Below are positions 28,693 through 39,510 of a stretch of DNA of 64,000 nt, piece by piece. The stretch's first letter is position 1; each line of letters starts with the position of its first letter. The stretch spans positions 64,001 to 128,000 of the forward strand of contig JBCBUK010000001.1 of the NCBI GenBank assembly GCA_039818205.1, written 5' to 3'. Made by a program: the position numbers and the translations under genes. The notes under the pieces were generated by a model. That model was given only the letters and a program-made list of their open reading frames with translations. It was not told where the DNA came from and did not search any database. Source of the DNA: Verrucomicrobiota bacterium (GTDB taxonomy: Bacteria; Verrucomicrobiota; Verrucomicrobiia; Opitutales; Cerasicoccaceae).

Positions 28693-30807
28693 GTGGAAAA
28701 GGCACGGGAGGCATTGAAAAGACACTTCGGTCATGAGGAATTTCGAAATCCTCAGCAAGAGATTGTTCATGCGATTCTCTCGGGCCAGAATACGTTAGTT
28801 ATCATGCCAACCGGCGGCGGTAAGAGCCTGTGCTACCAGCTCCCTGCCCTGCTCTTAGAAGGCGTAACATTGGTGGTATCGCCATTAATCGCCTTGATGA
28901 AGGATCAGGTCGATACGCTGCGAGCTCGCGGAATTCCTGCTGGGATGATCAATAGTTCTCAATCTTGGCAGGAGCAGCGAATGACTCTGGATGGAATGCG
29001 ATCTGGAGCCCTCAAACTGGTTTACATCTCGCCTGAACGTTTTCGAGCGGAATCCTTTGTCCGCTCCCTTGAGGGAACGCGCATAGCAATGCTCGCGATC
29101 GACGAAGCCCATTGCATCAGCCAGTGGGGGCACGACTTTCGCCCAGACTACATGCGACTGGGTGAAGCCGTAGAGATCTTGGACCGCCCATTGTGCACAG
29201 CGTTTACTGCCACGGCTACCCCTGAGGTTCGGGAAGACATAGTAAAGAATCTCCGACTCCGGGACCCAAAAGTCTTCGTTTCCGGATTCTCTCGCCCAAA
29301 CCTATCGTTCTCGATCCGCATTGTTGAAAGAAAGCTCCAGAAGGAGGTTCGGATGCGCAAGATTATTGAGGAACACAAAACTGGAATCATCTACTGCGCG
29401 ACCCGAAAAAGCGTTGATTCCGTATCTGCGGGTTTAACCGATGACAACATTCCCCATGTCATCTATCACGCCGGGATGCCACAAGCGATGCGCGAGGCAG
29501 CACAAGATGCCTTTGTGAATGGCTATGCGTCAGTTGCCGTCGCCACCAGTGCTTTCGGCATGGGCATCGACCGTTCGGACATCAGATTTGTCTGTCATTA
29601 TGAAATGCCCGGAAGTATTGAAGCGTTTTATCAGGAAGCCGGCCGCGCCGGGCGAGATGGCAAACCAGCGTTTTGCGAGATGCTGTTCATGCATGCCGAC
29701 AAGCGGATCCAGGAGTTTTTTATTGAGGGCGCGAATCCTGATGTCTCAACCATCCGGCAAGTCTATGGATTCATCCGGTCACGAATAAACAGCGACAACG
29801 AGATGTTTTTGCCTGCCGACGAAATTGCCGACGGCCTACCTGGTAAAACCAATCCAATGGCGGTCAATACGTCGATTGGGCATTTGAGGCGACGGGGCTA
29901 CCTAGAGCGTTTTGATGTCACCGGAGAACGAATCCGTGGCACTCGTGTTCTACAGCCCGAAATTACCTGCTCTGAACTGGAGCTGGCCAGTTCAACTCTT
30001 GCCGAGAAAAAACGGCGAGACCACGACAAATTAAAGAAAGTCATTCAAATGGCTTACGCACGTGAATGTCGGCAATCGTGGATACTCAAATATTTTGGAG
30101 AACCAGTCACCGAAAACTGCCTGCGGTGCGACGAGTGTAACAACGAGTATAATACGCGGACCCTCAATGCAGAAGAAACTGCAATCGTTCAGAAAGCCCT
30201 AAGCGGCGTCGCGCGCATGTCGCAACGGGTCAACCGGTACGATTGGGCTCCCCGTTTCGGGAAGGTAAAAATCATCAGTTGCTTACTCGGAAGCAAAGAG
30301 TCCAAGCTCATCAACCTTGGCCTAGATAAGTTGAGCACCTACGGCCTGCTTAAGGAGTACGGCAAACCGTTTACCAACCAGTTGTTTAAATCGCTTGAAG
30401 ATGCCCGGCTCATTGAAACTGTGGAAGGCGAATTCCCCTTGCTTCGGCTGACTGAAAGCGGGTCAAAAGTAATGTTCGGCAATGCGATAGTCGCCCTGGA
30501 ATGGCCCGAGCCTGATAATGACGGAACTACCGACTCCGGCGGGAGCGGCTCTAGAACTCAAAATGAAATTCCCGATATAAACCAGGATCTTTATCGTCAA
30601 CTCGTTAGTCTTCGCGACCAAATTCGCCGGCAACGCGGCAATGTTCCTGCGTATACGATTTTCCCCAATAATGTCCTCGCTCAGCTTGCGCACCTGAAGC
30701 CAGCATCATCAAAACAAGCGATGGAGATTAAAGGAATCGGCCCGGTTAAAGCTCAATCAATTCTACCAGACTTTTTGGACGCTATTAGGAAGTTTGAGGG
30801 AAATTAG
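28693..30807 (+). CDS. recQ: ATP-dependent DNA helicase RecQ family
   Basis: MPTGGGKSLCYQLPA, DEAHCISQWGHDFRP, FGMGID, QEAGRAGRDG, zinc cysteines (CR..C..CD.C), RQC and HRDC regions; start likely GTG 28693. Confidence 0.93.
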   Translation: MEKAREALKRHFGHEEFRNPQQEIVHAILSGQNTLVIMPTGGGKSLCYQLPALLLEGVTLVVSPLIALMKDQVDTLRARGIPAGMINSSQSWQEQRMTLDGMRSGALKLVYISPERFRAESFVRSLEGTRIAMLAIDEAHCISQWGHDFRPDYMRLGEAVEILDRPLCTAFTATATPEVREDIVKNLRLRDPKVFVSGFSRPNLSFSIRIVERKLQKEVRMRKIIEEHKTGIIYCATRKSVDSVSAGLTDDNIPHVIYHAGMPQAMREAAQDAFVNGYASVAVATSAFGMGIDRSDIRFVCHYEMPGSIEAFYQEAGRAGRDGKPAFCEMLFMHADKRIQEFFIEGANPDVSTIRQVYGFIRSRINSDNEMFLPADEIADGLPGKTNPMAVNTSIGHLRRRGYLERFDVTGERIRGTRVLQPEITCSELELASSTLAEKKRRDHDKLKKVIQMAYARECRQSWILKYFGEPVTENCLRCDECNNEYNTRTLNAEETAIVQKALSGVARMSQRVNRYDWAPRFGKVKIISCLLGSKESKLINLGLDKLSTYGLLKEYGKPFTNQLFKSLEDARLIETVEGEFPLLRLTESGSKVMFGNAIVALEWPEPDNDGTTDSGGSGSRTQNEIPDINQDLYRQLVSLRDQIRRQRGNVPAYTIFPNNVLAQLAHLKPASSKQAMEIKGIGPVKAQSILPDFLDAIRKFEGN

Positions 30808-30949
30808 ACTCTCGAGGTAGCGCAACAACCAGGCACAATAAAACCTTCTACAAGAGATGTCAGGTTCTTTTCTACGCCCATCTACGAGATCGTGATCAAG
30901 AACTAGAATTGGAGCCTCATCGACACCTGACCGGTGCCAATCTAAAGGA

Positions 30950-31618
30950 CTAGTCTTTAGAAGGTCCTTGAGCCCTTTTGAGCAAGCTAGACTTCCACGA
31001 TTCTGAGAGTTCCGCGATATTGGCTAATGCTAACCCTTGCTCGCGGTCTTTTCGCAAATGATGCATCACTTGATTGCATTTCTCGATCGTCCATTGACCA
31101 TTCGGACGATCCGTGAGTCGCATTTCGCCAGACGTCTTAATCTTACCTTCCTGCAGAACCCGAAAATACCAACCGGTTCGACCGTTCTCTTGAACCAAAG
31201 CCGCCAAATTTTTCGTCTGCCATCGACGTGATAGCTTCCAGCACGGTTGGCGCGGTTGCGTAATCTGAAGGACTACATCATCAATCTGAAAGATATCTCC
31301 GATACAGACATCATTTTCTGTTCCTTGACTCGTAGTGAAGTTTTCACCGAATGCTCCATTGGCCATTTCAAGGCCAAGAAGCTCCTTCCAATATCCAAAA
31401 TGCTCGCATGGATAAGCGCAAATAGCCTTATCAGGACCGCCGTGCACCTTGAGATCTGCCTGCCCATCGCCAGCGAGGCCAAGCCGCGTCACCTCAACCG
31501 AGCCAGACACTGGCTGCTTGTAGAACCCGGTATGCCACTCACGCTCGCCGAAAGATTTTTTCGTGGCATCGCCATAGGTTTTTGGCTGACCGGACTGGAC
31601 AGAAACTAATTTCATCAC
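30950..31618 (-). CDS. MOSC domain protein (YiiM-like)
   Basis: GL.GD.QAD...HGG.DKA, GAFGENFT, QPRQPCWKL, RTGWYFRVL, 3-alpha tail. Confidence 0.9.
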   Translation of the reverse strand: MMKLVSVQSGQPKTYGDATKKSFGEREWHTGFYKQPVSGSVEVTRLGLAGDGQADLKVHGGPDKAICAYPCEHFGYWKELLGLEMANGAFGENFTTSQGTENDVCIGDIFQIDDVVLQITQPRQPCWKLSRRWQTKNLAALVQENGRTGWYFRVLQEGKIKTSGEMRLTDRPNGQWTIEKCNQVMHHLRKDREQGLALANIAELSESWKSSLLKRAQGPSKD

Positions 31619-31880
31619 TTCTAGCTAAACTTTAAGGAGAACATAACCAACCAGCATTGGTCCATAGCCTCATTCTGCTTGGCTCACGGTTGCTTTAGAA
31701 GGGAAATTGCATCGGGATGCAATGAATTCCTCCTGACAGGGACTAGAAATCATTCAATCTAAGATTCTCCACCAAGCGCCATGCCTCAGCGACTTATCGG
31801 AACTACTGCCGCCGAAGACCAGAGGTTCTCATCGAGCAATTAACAAAACATAGACCAACAAAGGACTACAGAAACTAAAG

Positions 31881-32465
31881 CTAGTAGAAACTAGGCTTCT
31901 CGCCCTTCTTAAGCATCCCAAGATACTTATCGAAGCGCCTTTTTCGCGTTTCCGGCTTCTTAGCCGATGTCAATCCATAGGCGATGACGTGTCGATTCGA
32001 TTTGTTGAGAGAGTCGTAGAACTTCTTTGTATTCGGTAACCGTCGAACCGCTTTCAGAAAATCATCTGGAACCTCCATCTCACTCGCAGGGGCATAGGCG
32101 TTGTCCCAGCGACCATCCTCTTTAGCCGCGTCGACAGCCGCTACCCCCGGTGGTTTCAGTCTCCCCTCCTTTATCAACCTTTCAACGTGCTCGGTGTTTC
32201 TCTTGGACCAAATACTATTGCGCCTCCTCGGGGTGATACGTTGCAAATAGGCGTGCTCATCAAGTGATTTCTTGATCCCATCGATCCAGCCCCAACAAAG
32301 CGTTTCAATTACGATTTCCGACCAGGTCACACTCTGTTTGCCTGACCCTTTCTTATAGATTTTTACCCACAACTCACTCTCAACCGCATGGTTGATCTTC
32401 AGCCACCTATTGAGATCCTCTGGTCTTTCGAAGCTATGAATTTTCGTTGGGTCGGGATCCGGCAT
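31881..32465 (-). CDS. YdeI/OmpD-associated family protein
   Basis: LCWGWIDG, TPRR..S.WS.RN, DGRW..AY, AKKPETR.RR. Confidence 0.85.
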   Translation of the reverse strand: MPDPDPTKIHSFERPEDLNRWLKINHAVESELWVKIYKKGSGKQSVTWSEIVIETLCWGWIDGIKKSLDEHAYLQRITPRRRNSIWSKRNTEHVERLIKEGRLKPPGVAAVDAAKEDGRWDNAYAPASEMEVPDDFLKAVRRLPNTKKFYDSLNKSNRHVIAYGLTSAKKPETRKRRFDKYLGMLKKGEKPSFY

Positions 32466-32836
32466 TGGATTGGCGTGATTGACGGAACTCTAATAAATGC
32501 GGCCTCGCCTTCGGTCAACTCCATCCGCCTAAGCAAACGTGAAGACTAGAAGGCAACACCATGCCCGGAACAATGATTCTCTAAGCTAATTACTGGATTC
32601 CAATTCCCTTCCTCTCGATTCTTACCGCTGGTTCTCAAGCAAACTGCAAAACCGTCCGATCGGACCTCCGCGATAACATGGACTGACTCCCGCTTCAGAG
32701 CGTCACCGAACAAGACTTGATGCGAACGGCAAAACACCACCGCACCCAGGCCTTGCTAATTCAAATCGACAACAGCTAATGAACCTGATTCAGGGGCAAT
32801 CAGCTCGATTCAATACCGCCTCGAACACACTTACCG

Positions 32837-33514
32837 CTATTTCAACGGTTCGAATTGGATTGAGCCATCGAGGTAAAGCATCCCAACCTGGTAGCCGTAT
32901 TCGCTACCGTCACCAACACCGCTTCCGGTACGGCTGAGTTTGTCGGGAACTGTTTTCAGCAGAAAGAAATCGTGCGGTTTCGCCACCTGTGCATAAACCC
33001 GCGATCGCGGTAGCGGACTATCGGCAAACGAACCATCTTCGGCCTTATTTCCGGCATACCCCCAGATTGGTTGTTTCTCTCCGTGAGATCCGATGAAATT
33101 ACGTCCTACATTCGCAATATATAGTTTCGCTGCCGGATCTTCTCGTTTGTCCTCTAATTTAAAATTGGGAACAAAGCCCTCCAAGGGAACTTGTTTAGGG
33201 TCAGTGTTTGTATTACCGGTTAAATAGGTTTCTAAATACTTAGACAATTGCCCATTTTGCCCGCCTCCAACTAAACCACTTTGCCAAAACCACACAGGCC
33301 CGGGAAGGGAGTCACTATGATCAACTGCATAGAGTTCAATACCCTGGTAAATCGTGCGCATTGAATGGGTACCTTGCGTGATGTTTGCGCGCTGACGAAC
33401 GCTTCCAAAAACGCCGAATAGAATGGACGCAAGGATCGCGACGACCGCGACAGAGACAAGCAGCTCAATCAACGTGAAGCCACGGTATAGTGAAGGGCAA
33501 TAATTTCTTTTCAT
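32837..33514 (-). CDS. Prepilin-type N-terminal cleavage/methylation (pseudopilin-like) protein
   Basis: RGFTLIELLVSVAVVAILASIL; C-terminal LYLDGS resembling the PVC H-X9-DG tail; start ATG 33514. Confidence 0.85.
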   Translation of the reverse strand: MKRNYCPSLYRGFTLIELLVSVAVVAILASILFGVFGSVRQRANITQGTHSMRTIYQGIELYAVDHSDSLPGPVWFWQSGLVGGGQNGQLSKYLETYLTGNTNTDPKQVPLEGFVPNFKLEDKREDPAAKLYIANVGRNFIGSHGEKQPIWGYAGNKAEDGSFADSPLPRSRVYAQVAKPHDFFLLKTVPDKLSRTGSGVGDGSEYGYQVGMLYLDGSIQFEPLK

Positions 33515-33676
33515 CGGGATAATAGTTGAAAAACTAGAAATAGAATAGCTCACCGCACCATTTAAACCAAGAGCACTTTTGCGCAAAGGCACCCCGAGAC
33601 AACCGCAGCTAATCCCTGAAATAAATAGCCATATAACGAACCACTTAGAAGCTCCAGATTGGCTCTATATAACTAA

Positions 33677-35887
33677 CTAATCTTCAACAGTTACTCGATA
33701 AAATCTCGATGATGTTGATAGACTATCGCTCAACTCAAGAATATTCCCGGTCCCCAAAATGTCCTGACGAATTGGCAGCCAACCGGAATCCAGCTGGTTC
33801 GAGGCTTCGAGCGAGTATACCCTACCCTCTTCGGAGCTAAAGGACACAATGATCTCGCCACTAGAAGTGCTTTGAATCGTCACCAAAGGCCAGTTTGTCG
33901 AATCCCGTGGGCTAGTACCGAACGAAAACTCAGTTTGATTGTCATAACCATCAAAGTCCTCATCTCCTAGCGGATCATATAGCTGGTGTGAAGCCATCCA
34001 TCGATCCATATCGGAGCCTGGAACAGTAAGAATCAATCGCGGTTGGTTTGCCGCTGCTCCCTCGCTTGAGATGAATGATACATCGTTACCCGAGAGATGC
34101 TCAATGATGAGGCTCAGGCTTGTTTCACCATCAAGCTCAGTGGCATCGAGCGCCCATTGATAAGTTTCATTGCTCGCAAATGCTCGATTTTGGGTAGCTA
34201 ACTGAACGGTGCTTGTCGGCGCATTGGATTGACCGAGATTCTGCTCGGTCCACGCAGTATTGTTACCCTTATCGATATCGATTCGGCCACTTCCATTATC
34301 CGAACCAACGGATAAATCGAGCCGTGCATTTGTGATGCCGCCAGGAACCTCAGAAAGATCGAATTTCAGATACGATATACGCCGACCGCTCTCGACCCTT
34401 AAGACATTCGTATTGTAACGCTGTCCATTTTGCAGGTAAGCATCTTCAATCGGTTGCAACTCAAATGTGCGTTCAGTTGCGGGAAGAACGGTGACTGAAA
34501 CTGACGCCGAAAATCCTCCATCGACCGTGGTCGCAGTTATCACCGTTTCTCCGCGTTTGGCTCCGGCAACTCGACCCAACCGATCGACGGTCGCGATCAG
34601 CGGATCAGCAGAACTCCAAGTCACTGACTGGTTTGTGGCGTTGGCAGGGGCTATCACTGACCGAAAACCAGTTTCTGCCCCTTCTTCGACATACTCCGAA
34701 TCCGTTTCTACAGAGAGGCCTTCTACAACTACTGGTGGCCCGAGCACAATTGGATAGAGCGTTCCGCCGGAAGGAGGGCCAGCGGCGTAAGGCGTAAAAT
34801 TCGTGAGCGGATTCGCTGGCTTCACCTCATGGGGCCCAAAGTAGACAATGTTCGGATCCGACCACGGACGTGTCCCACCGTGATTGTACTCAATGACATC
34901 GTTCTTATAGATGTAATTGGGTCTGGCGGAAAGGTCGTGCTGAATGGACCAAGGACCCATAATCGAGAAATAGTTCGGACTACCGTTCGGCATATCCGCT
35001 GGGATATGGATTCGGTTGTTCTCGATCAAATTATCACCGTCGTCACCACTGTGAAAGCTGACCTCCTGCTCAAAATCGTTATCATAGACAACATTGTAGC
35101 GAACCCCGTCTCCCTGCAATGAGATGTGGCGCAAGTGAGTGATGTAGCACTTAGTAACTAAGTTATAGCCATCAAGGATGAAGAAGTATCCATGTGCGCC
35201 GCCGTGCTTATTGAATACTCCGTCGATATGGCAGTTCCGAATGGTGACGTGATCTGACGAGACGCGAACCGGAAAATCGGCACTATTCAAGATGTTGCAA
35301 TCGTCGATCCAGCAATCCGTAACCCGATGAAAGAAAACGGATATATTTTCATTTCCAGGGAGCTCGTTATTTGCGTTCGTACCGATATTCCAATCATACT
35401 TTGGGACACCCCAGCCACCCCTAATGGAGAGCCGATAGATTCCTGCGTACCGTATGCCATCTCTGAATTCAAATGCCCCACTGTTGGCGGTCATCGACGG
35501 GTTGATAATACACTGCACCCCCTCACGACTCTCACCAACCAGCGCTACTCCGGACTTGAGCTTTACTTCGTCGTTGATGTCGTAGGTGCCATTTTCCAAT
35601 AGGACTGCCCCGCCACCTTCTGCCTCAACGGCATTGATCGCGGCATTGATTGCCGCACTATCGGAGCCTCCAGAAACAGTTCGAACAATAACCAAGTTCT
35701 CGATTAATGGTATCCCGCCGCGGACTCCCGCTCGGATCCAATGTTCCATCTGGGGATAGTCGGGATCAAATTTACTTTCGTCGAAAGTGACACCTTGGTC
35801 ACCAATTTCGAGTGCCAGGAGCGGCGAAGCCTTCCAGCAATGGCATGCAAAGACGGAGAGGCAGATCAACAAAGCACGGGTAGTCAT
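33677..35887 (-). CDS. Secreted beta-helix (pectin-lyase-like) protein with Ig-like, DNRLRE-like and C-terminal domains
   Basis: Signal peptide; AINAAI...GGGAVLL.NGTY; Big_2 motif PANATNQSVTWSS; EDAYL...SYLKFDLS; C-terminal D.D.DG..N..E...GT.P. Confidence 0.75.
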   Translation of the reverse strand: MTTRALLICLSVFACHCWKASPLLALEIGDQGVTFDESKFDPDYPQMEHWIRAGVRGGIPLIENLVIVRTVSGGSDSAAINAAINAVEAEGGGAVLLENGTYDINDEVKLKSGVALVGESREGVQCIINPSMTANSGAFEFRDGIRYAGIYRLSIRGGWGVPKYDWNIGTNANNELPGNENISVFFHRVTDCWIDDCNILNSADFPVRVSSDHVTIRNCHIDGVFNKHGGAHGYFFILDGYNLVTKCYITHLRHISLQGDGVRYNVVYDNDFEQEVSFHSGDDGDNLIENNRIHIPADMPNGSPNYFSIMGPWSIQHDLSARPNYIYKNDVIEYNHGGTRPWSDPNIVYFGPHEVKPANPLTNFTPYAAGPPSGGTLYPIVLGPPVVVEGLSVETDSEYVEEGAETGFRSVIAPANATNQSVTWSSADPLIATVDRLGRVAGAKRGETVITATTVDGGFSASVSVTVLPATERTFELQPIEDAYLQNGQRYNTNVLRVESGRRISYLKFDLSEVPGGITNARLDLSVGSDNGSGRIDIDKGNNTAWTEQNLGQSNAPTSTVQLATQNRAFASNETYQWALDATELDGETSLSLIIEHLSGNDVSFISSEGAAANQPRLILTVPGSDMDRWMASHQLYDPLGDEDFDGYDNQTEFSFGTSPRDSTNWPLVTIQSTSSGEIIVSFSSEEGRVYSLEASNQLDSGWLPIRQDILGTGNILELSDSLSTSSRFYRVTVED

Positions 35888-36096
35888 GTTGTCAGCGGAT
35901 GAGGGTGGAGATAACAATGCGAGGACGGACCCTGTATTATAGGGCCACAGGTCACATAAGGAACAACACCAATTATCCGCAAACAGGCGTCAATATTTAC
36001 GCAAAGCAAAGCCCGACGATTTCCAAGCTTAGAGACTTACTCCATCTGCACTTGTCAAACGCTCGAGGGCGAAGCCCTGAGCACCGCAGCAATTCC

Positions 36097-37563
36097 TTAG
36101 AAAACCACTTTCAAACAGTAACAAAGATCTCGGCTAAGCGCTGCCGGAAGAGTCACTTTCAGAGCGGTATCATCCTGGACCCAATCAATGTCCTGGTCGG
36201 AACCAAGCAACGATACACTCGTGACTCGGCCATCCTCTGAGCTCAACGACAAAGATTTTAGGGCAGCGACTCCACCGTCGTCTGGATATACCATTCCGGT
36301 CACATAGATCGCTCCACTTTTCGTCGTGAATCGAAAATCTTCCGACGTGTATTCCAACTCTTTTTTCTCGAGCATGTGCCCACCCTGCGGGCGAGTCGGT
36401 CCCTCTCCATACTGCTTCCAGGGACGAGTGCCATAAATCGCTTCACCATTTACTTGAATCCAAGCGCCAATGGCTTCCAAGAGGCTCAGCTCTTCCGCAT
36501 CCAAAGTTCCATCTGGCATGAGTGGGACATTGAGAAGCAGGTTGCCGTTTTTACTGACAATATCCACCAGCATTTCGATCACCTGCCGTGGCGTCTTGTA
36601 GGTGACCTCCTTTTGATAATACCACTTTCCGATGCAGGTGTCGGTCTGCCATGGATCTTCCTGAATCTCGCCGACAACCCCACGCTCGAGATCAACCACG
36701 CCGATCCCATCGACAAAATCACCGAATAGATTCTCATCCTCACCGTGTCCAACTGCCTCTGGATATTGGTTTCCATCTTTGTAGTTGTAGACGACATCCA
36801 TTTTCCCGCCGTGCCAGTCGAGGGATTGGTTGTAGTAGTTAGCCAACATACGGCGGCCATACTCGCCAAACGGAACACCGCCATCAGTATAAATCAAATC
36901 GGGTTGATACTTCTCGACAAAATCGGCAATTCGATCCGACCAGTCTTCAATGAAGGTAACCGGTGGGTTGCGTGGATACTCGTGCGAGGTATCCGGATGT
37001 GGCTCGTAGTAAAAGTCCTGAAAGTCTGGATTCGCTCCGTCATAGGGAACGCCTTTGTACGGTCCTGATTTGTCGCTACCTTTGTTCGTGTTGAACCAGC
37101 TGTAGGAGCGTTCATGGTGTTCAGTGATACCGAATCGAAGACCAGCTTTTCGGGCGGCCTTCTCCCACATACCAACGATATCTTTCTTCGGTCCGATGTT
37201 TACAGAGTTCCAGCGATTGTGTTTCGAGTCCCAGCAATCGAAGTTGTCGTGATGAACACCGCAAGTGGTGAAGTAGCGAGCACCAGTCTTGATGTACAGC
37301 TGAATGAGCGACTCGGGATCAAATTTCTCTGCCTTCCAGAGCGGTAAGATATCTTTGTACCCAAACTCTGACGGGTGGCCGTAATGCTTCAGGTGATGTT
37401 CATAATTGGGATGACCCTCCATATACATCTGGCGGGCATACCAGTCACCAACCATCGGAACCGCTTGAGGCCCCCAGTGCGCCCAAATACCAAACTTCGC
37501 GTCACGAAACCACTCTGGGCATTGATATTGTTGAAGGGAGTTCCAAGTCGGTTCAAATTGCAT
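36097..37563 (-). CDS. Alpha-L-fucosidase, GH29 (no signal peptide)
   Basis: PEWFRDAKFGIWAHWG, HHDNF..WDS, YTDG nucleophile region, DIVSKNGNLLLN, EAIYGTRPW. Confidence 0.92.
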   Translation of the reverse strand: MQFEPTWNSLQQYQCPEWFRDAKFGIWAHWGPQAVPMVGDWYARQMYMEGHPNYEHHLKHYGHPSEFGYKDILPLWKAEKFDPESLIQLYIKTGARYFTTCGVHHDNFDCWDSKHNRWNSVNIGPKKDIVGMWEKAARKAGLRFGITEHHERSYSWFNTNKGSDKSGPYKGVPYDGANPDFQDFYYEPHPDTSHEYPRNPPVTFIEDWSDRIADFVEKYQPDLIYTDGGVPFGEYGRRMLANYYNQSLDWHGGKMDVVYNYKDGNQYPEAVGHGEDENLFGDFVDGIGVVDLERGVVGEIQEDPWQTDTCIGKWYYQKEVTYKTPRQVIEMLVDIVSKNGNLLLNVPLMPDGTLDAEELSLLEAIGAWIQVNGEAIYGTRPWKQYGEGPTRPQGGHMLEKKELEYTSEDFRFTTKSGAIYVTGMVYPDDGGVAALKSLSLSSEDGRVTSVSLLGSDQDIDWVQDDTALKVTLPAALSRDLCYCLKVVF

Positions 37564-37772
37564 CGTAAAAACTGGGATTTAGTTTGACAGTAAACTGTTT
37601 ATTTAGGCCGAGTAAGACCCGAAGGTCAAAACTCGCATTGCGCAATCAACCCCTAACTTTGCGCACATTCAGAGTTGAGTCAATCAGCCACAGGAATCAG
37701 ATTTTCACCACTGACTTGTTGCAGTATTTCCAAATATGACGCCCAGCGTTGTAACCCCCGTAGAGCAGAACA

Positions 37773-39434
37773 ATGAAGCAGCCGATTTACTTCCTCTTTC
37801 TCGCATTGGTCACGAGTGCGTTTGCAAATACTCCTGATGTTTGGAAACAATACGTGAATGATTACAAGGCGGGGCAACCATCCACCCTCCCCGACTATTC
37901 CTGGGCCGGCTATAAGTACGGTACCGAGGCCATTCCAGATGTCGATTGGAAGGAGTTTAATGTGGTCGATTTTGGTGCTATTCCTAACGATGGCAAATCT
38001 GACTACGAAGCGATTCAGAAAACAATTCGGGCCGCAGAAGCGCATGGATCTGGCGTAGTGTTTTTCCCACCGGGCAGGTTTCTGGTCGCTGAGCGCGAAG
38101 ACATCGAAAAAGGTATTACGATCAACGGTGCCAACATCGTATTACGCGGTAGCGGCAGTGGCGTAAACGGGACCGAGATTCACCAGAAGAACCACTATCT
38201 CCCGGCCGATCCGAAGAAGCTTTGGACGGTTCCCCCGGTTTTTGTATTCAGCCACCCTTCCAGCCGGGTATTCCTGTCTCGCTATCGAAACGAGGCGCAT
38301 AAGCTAGCGACGGTTGTTGAATCAGCCAAACGCGAATCATTTTCTATCGTGCTCAACAATGCTTCGGAAGTTCAAGCTGGGCAGACAGTCATGCTATGCG
38401 CTCGTAGCATCGATCTGAACGAGCAATTCCTATTGGGACTAAAACCACGGAAGATCTTTAGTGAAATCGTCGAGAATGGGGTTTCCGTCTCGGAAAAGCA
38501 CATAGTGAAGTCAGTCGATGGAAACCGAGTCACCTTCGTAGAACCAATTCGCTTCGACATTGATCCCAACATTACTTGGACGCTTTACGACTACCCGATG
38601 ATCGAAGGATGGGGCGTCGAAGATATTCATTTTACAGGCAACTGTCCGGTTCCATTTGTTCATCACAAGAACTTTATTCACGATAGCGGATTCCAAGCGG
38701 TAGCGATGGAAAAAGGACGCAACTGCTGGATACGCCGATGCCGTTTTACCAACATGACACAGGCTTATAAGGCGTCTGGCTGCATTGCTTCATCGTTCAT
38801 TCTCAACACGATTGACGGTCATCAAGGGCATGGAAATTTCAACATGAACTGGGGTGGCGGCAACATGATCGGCCTCTCCCAAGACCTTACCGACAAGGGC
38901 TCATTCCATGGATGCGGCATTTCCCACGAGAACATTAGTGGAGTCATTTGGCGCTACGAGTCGGTCGGTAGCACGGACACAACCCCGCGCTGCGGTGGAC
39001 CAGATTTTCACGCCCAATTTCCATTCTGCTCCCTTTGGGATGCATGTAAGGCCAACCTCATGGACAATGGAGGCAACTACAAGCTACAGCCAAATCATCT
39101 GCGTGACCTTACGTTCTGGAATTTTGAGCAGATCGGAGAAGCGGTATACTATGATTACTGGGCAATACCCGAATCGAAATCGCAAGAGAAAAACCGCTAC
39201 TTCGGTGGGTGCAAGTTGGTCTTTCCAAACTACATCGGCTTTCACGGCGTTAAAACTACCTTCAATCAAGATCACCTCGGAGTATTTGAGTCTTACGGGA
39301 AGCCAGTACAACCTGAATCACTTTACGAGGCACAGCTTGAGCTGCGCCTTGGTCATGCCCCTTCGTGGGTTTCTGATGCGAAAGCCGAATGGTCTCAGCT
39401 AAAGCGAGCGCATCGGGCGGCTCACTCTCAATAA
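37773..39434 (+). CDS. Secreted DUF4955-like beta-helix protein
   Basis: Signal peptide; LPDYSWAGY, FNVVDFGAIPNDGKSD, VVFFPPGRF, PNHL..L.FWNF, PESLYEAQLELRLG. Confidence 0.75.
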   Translation: MKQPIYFLFLALVTSAFANTPDVWKQYVNDYKAGQPSTLPDYSWAGYKYGTEAIPDVDWKEFNVVDFGAIPNDGKSDYEAIQKTIRAAEAHGSGVVFFPPGRFLVAEREDIEKGITINGANIVLRGSGSGVNGTEIHQKNHYLPADPKKLWTVPPVFVFSHPSSRVFLSRYRNEAHKLATVVESAKRESFSIVLNNASEVQAGQTVMLCARSIDLNEQFLLGLKPRKIFSEIVENGVSVSEKHIVKSVDGNRVTFVEPIRFDIDPNITWTLYDYPMIEGWGVEDIHFTGNCPVPFVHHKNFIHDSGFQAVAMEKGRNCWIRRCRFTNMTQAYKASGCIASSFILNTIDGHQGHGNFNMNWGGGNMIGLSQDLTDKGSFHGCGISHENISGVIWRYESVGSTDTTPRCGGPDFHAQFPFCSLWDACKANLMDNGGNYKLQPNHLRDLTFWNFEQIGEAVYYDYWAIPESKSQEKNRYFGGCKLVFPNYIGFHGVKTTFNQDHLGVFESYGKPVQPESLYEAQLELRLGHAPSWVSDAKAEWSQLKRAHRAAHSQ

Positions 39435-39474
39435 TCGGATTAAGCGCTCGCTCCAGGGCGCACAACCCCTCTGC

Positions 39475-39510
39475 TTACTCGAGAGTAAAAAGCTTACTTA
39501 TCTCGAGTAA
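39475..39510. terminator. Hairpin after the DUF4955-like gene
   Basis: TTACTCGAGA-N16-TCTCGAGTAA perfect 10-bp inverted repeat. Confidence 0.4.

Noticed and set aside
22960..30807. tRNA-Glu-anchored genomic island or prophage
   Set aside because: I saw no duplicated tRNA 3' end, integrase or phage genes downstream.
32466..32836. Possible small gene or ncRNA in the intergenic gap
   Set aside because: Only a short ORF with no recognisable features, and no convincing RNA structure.
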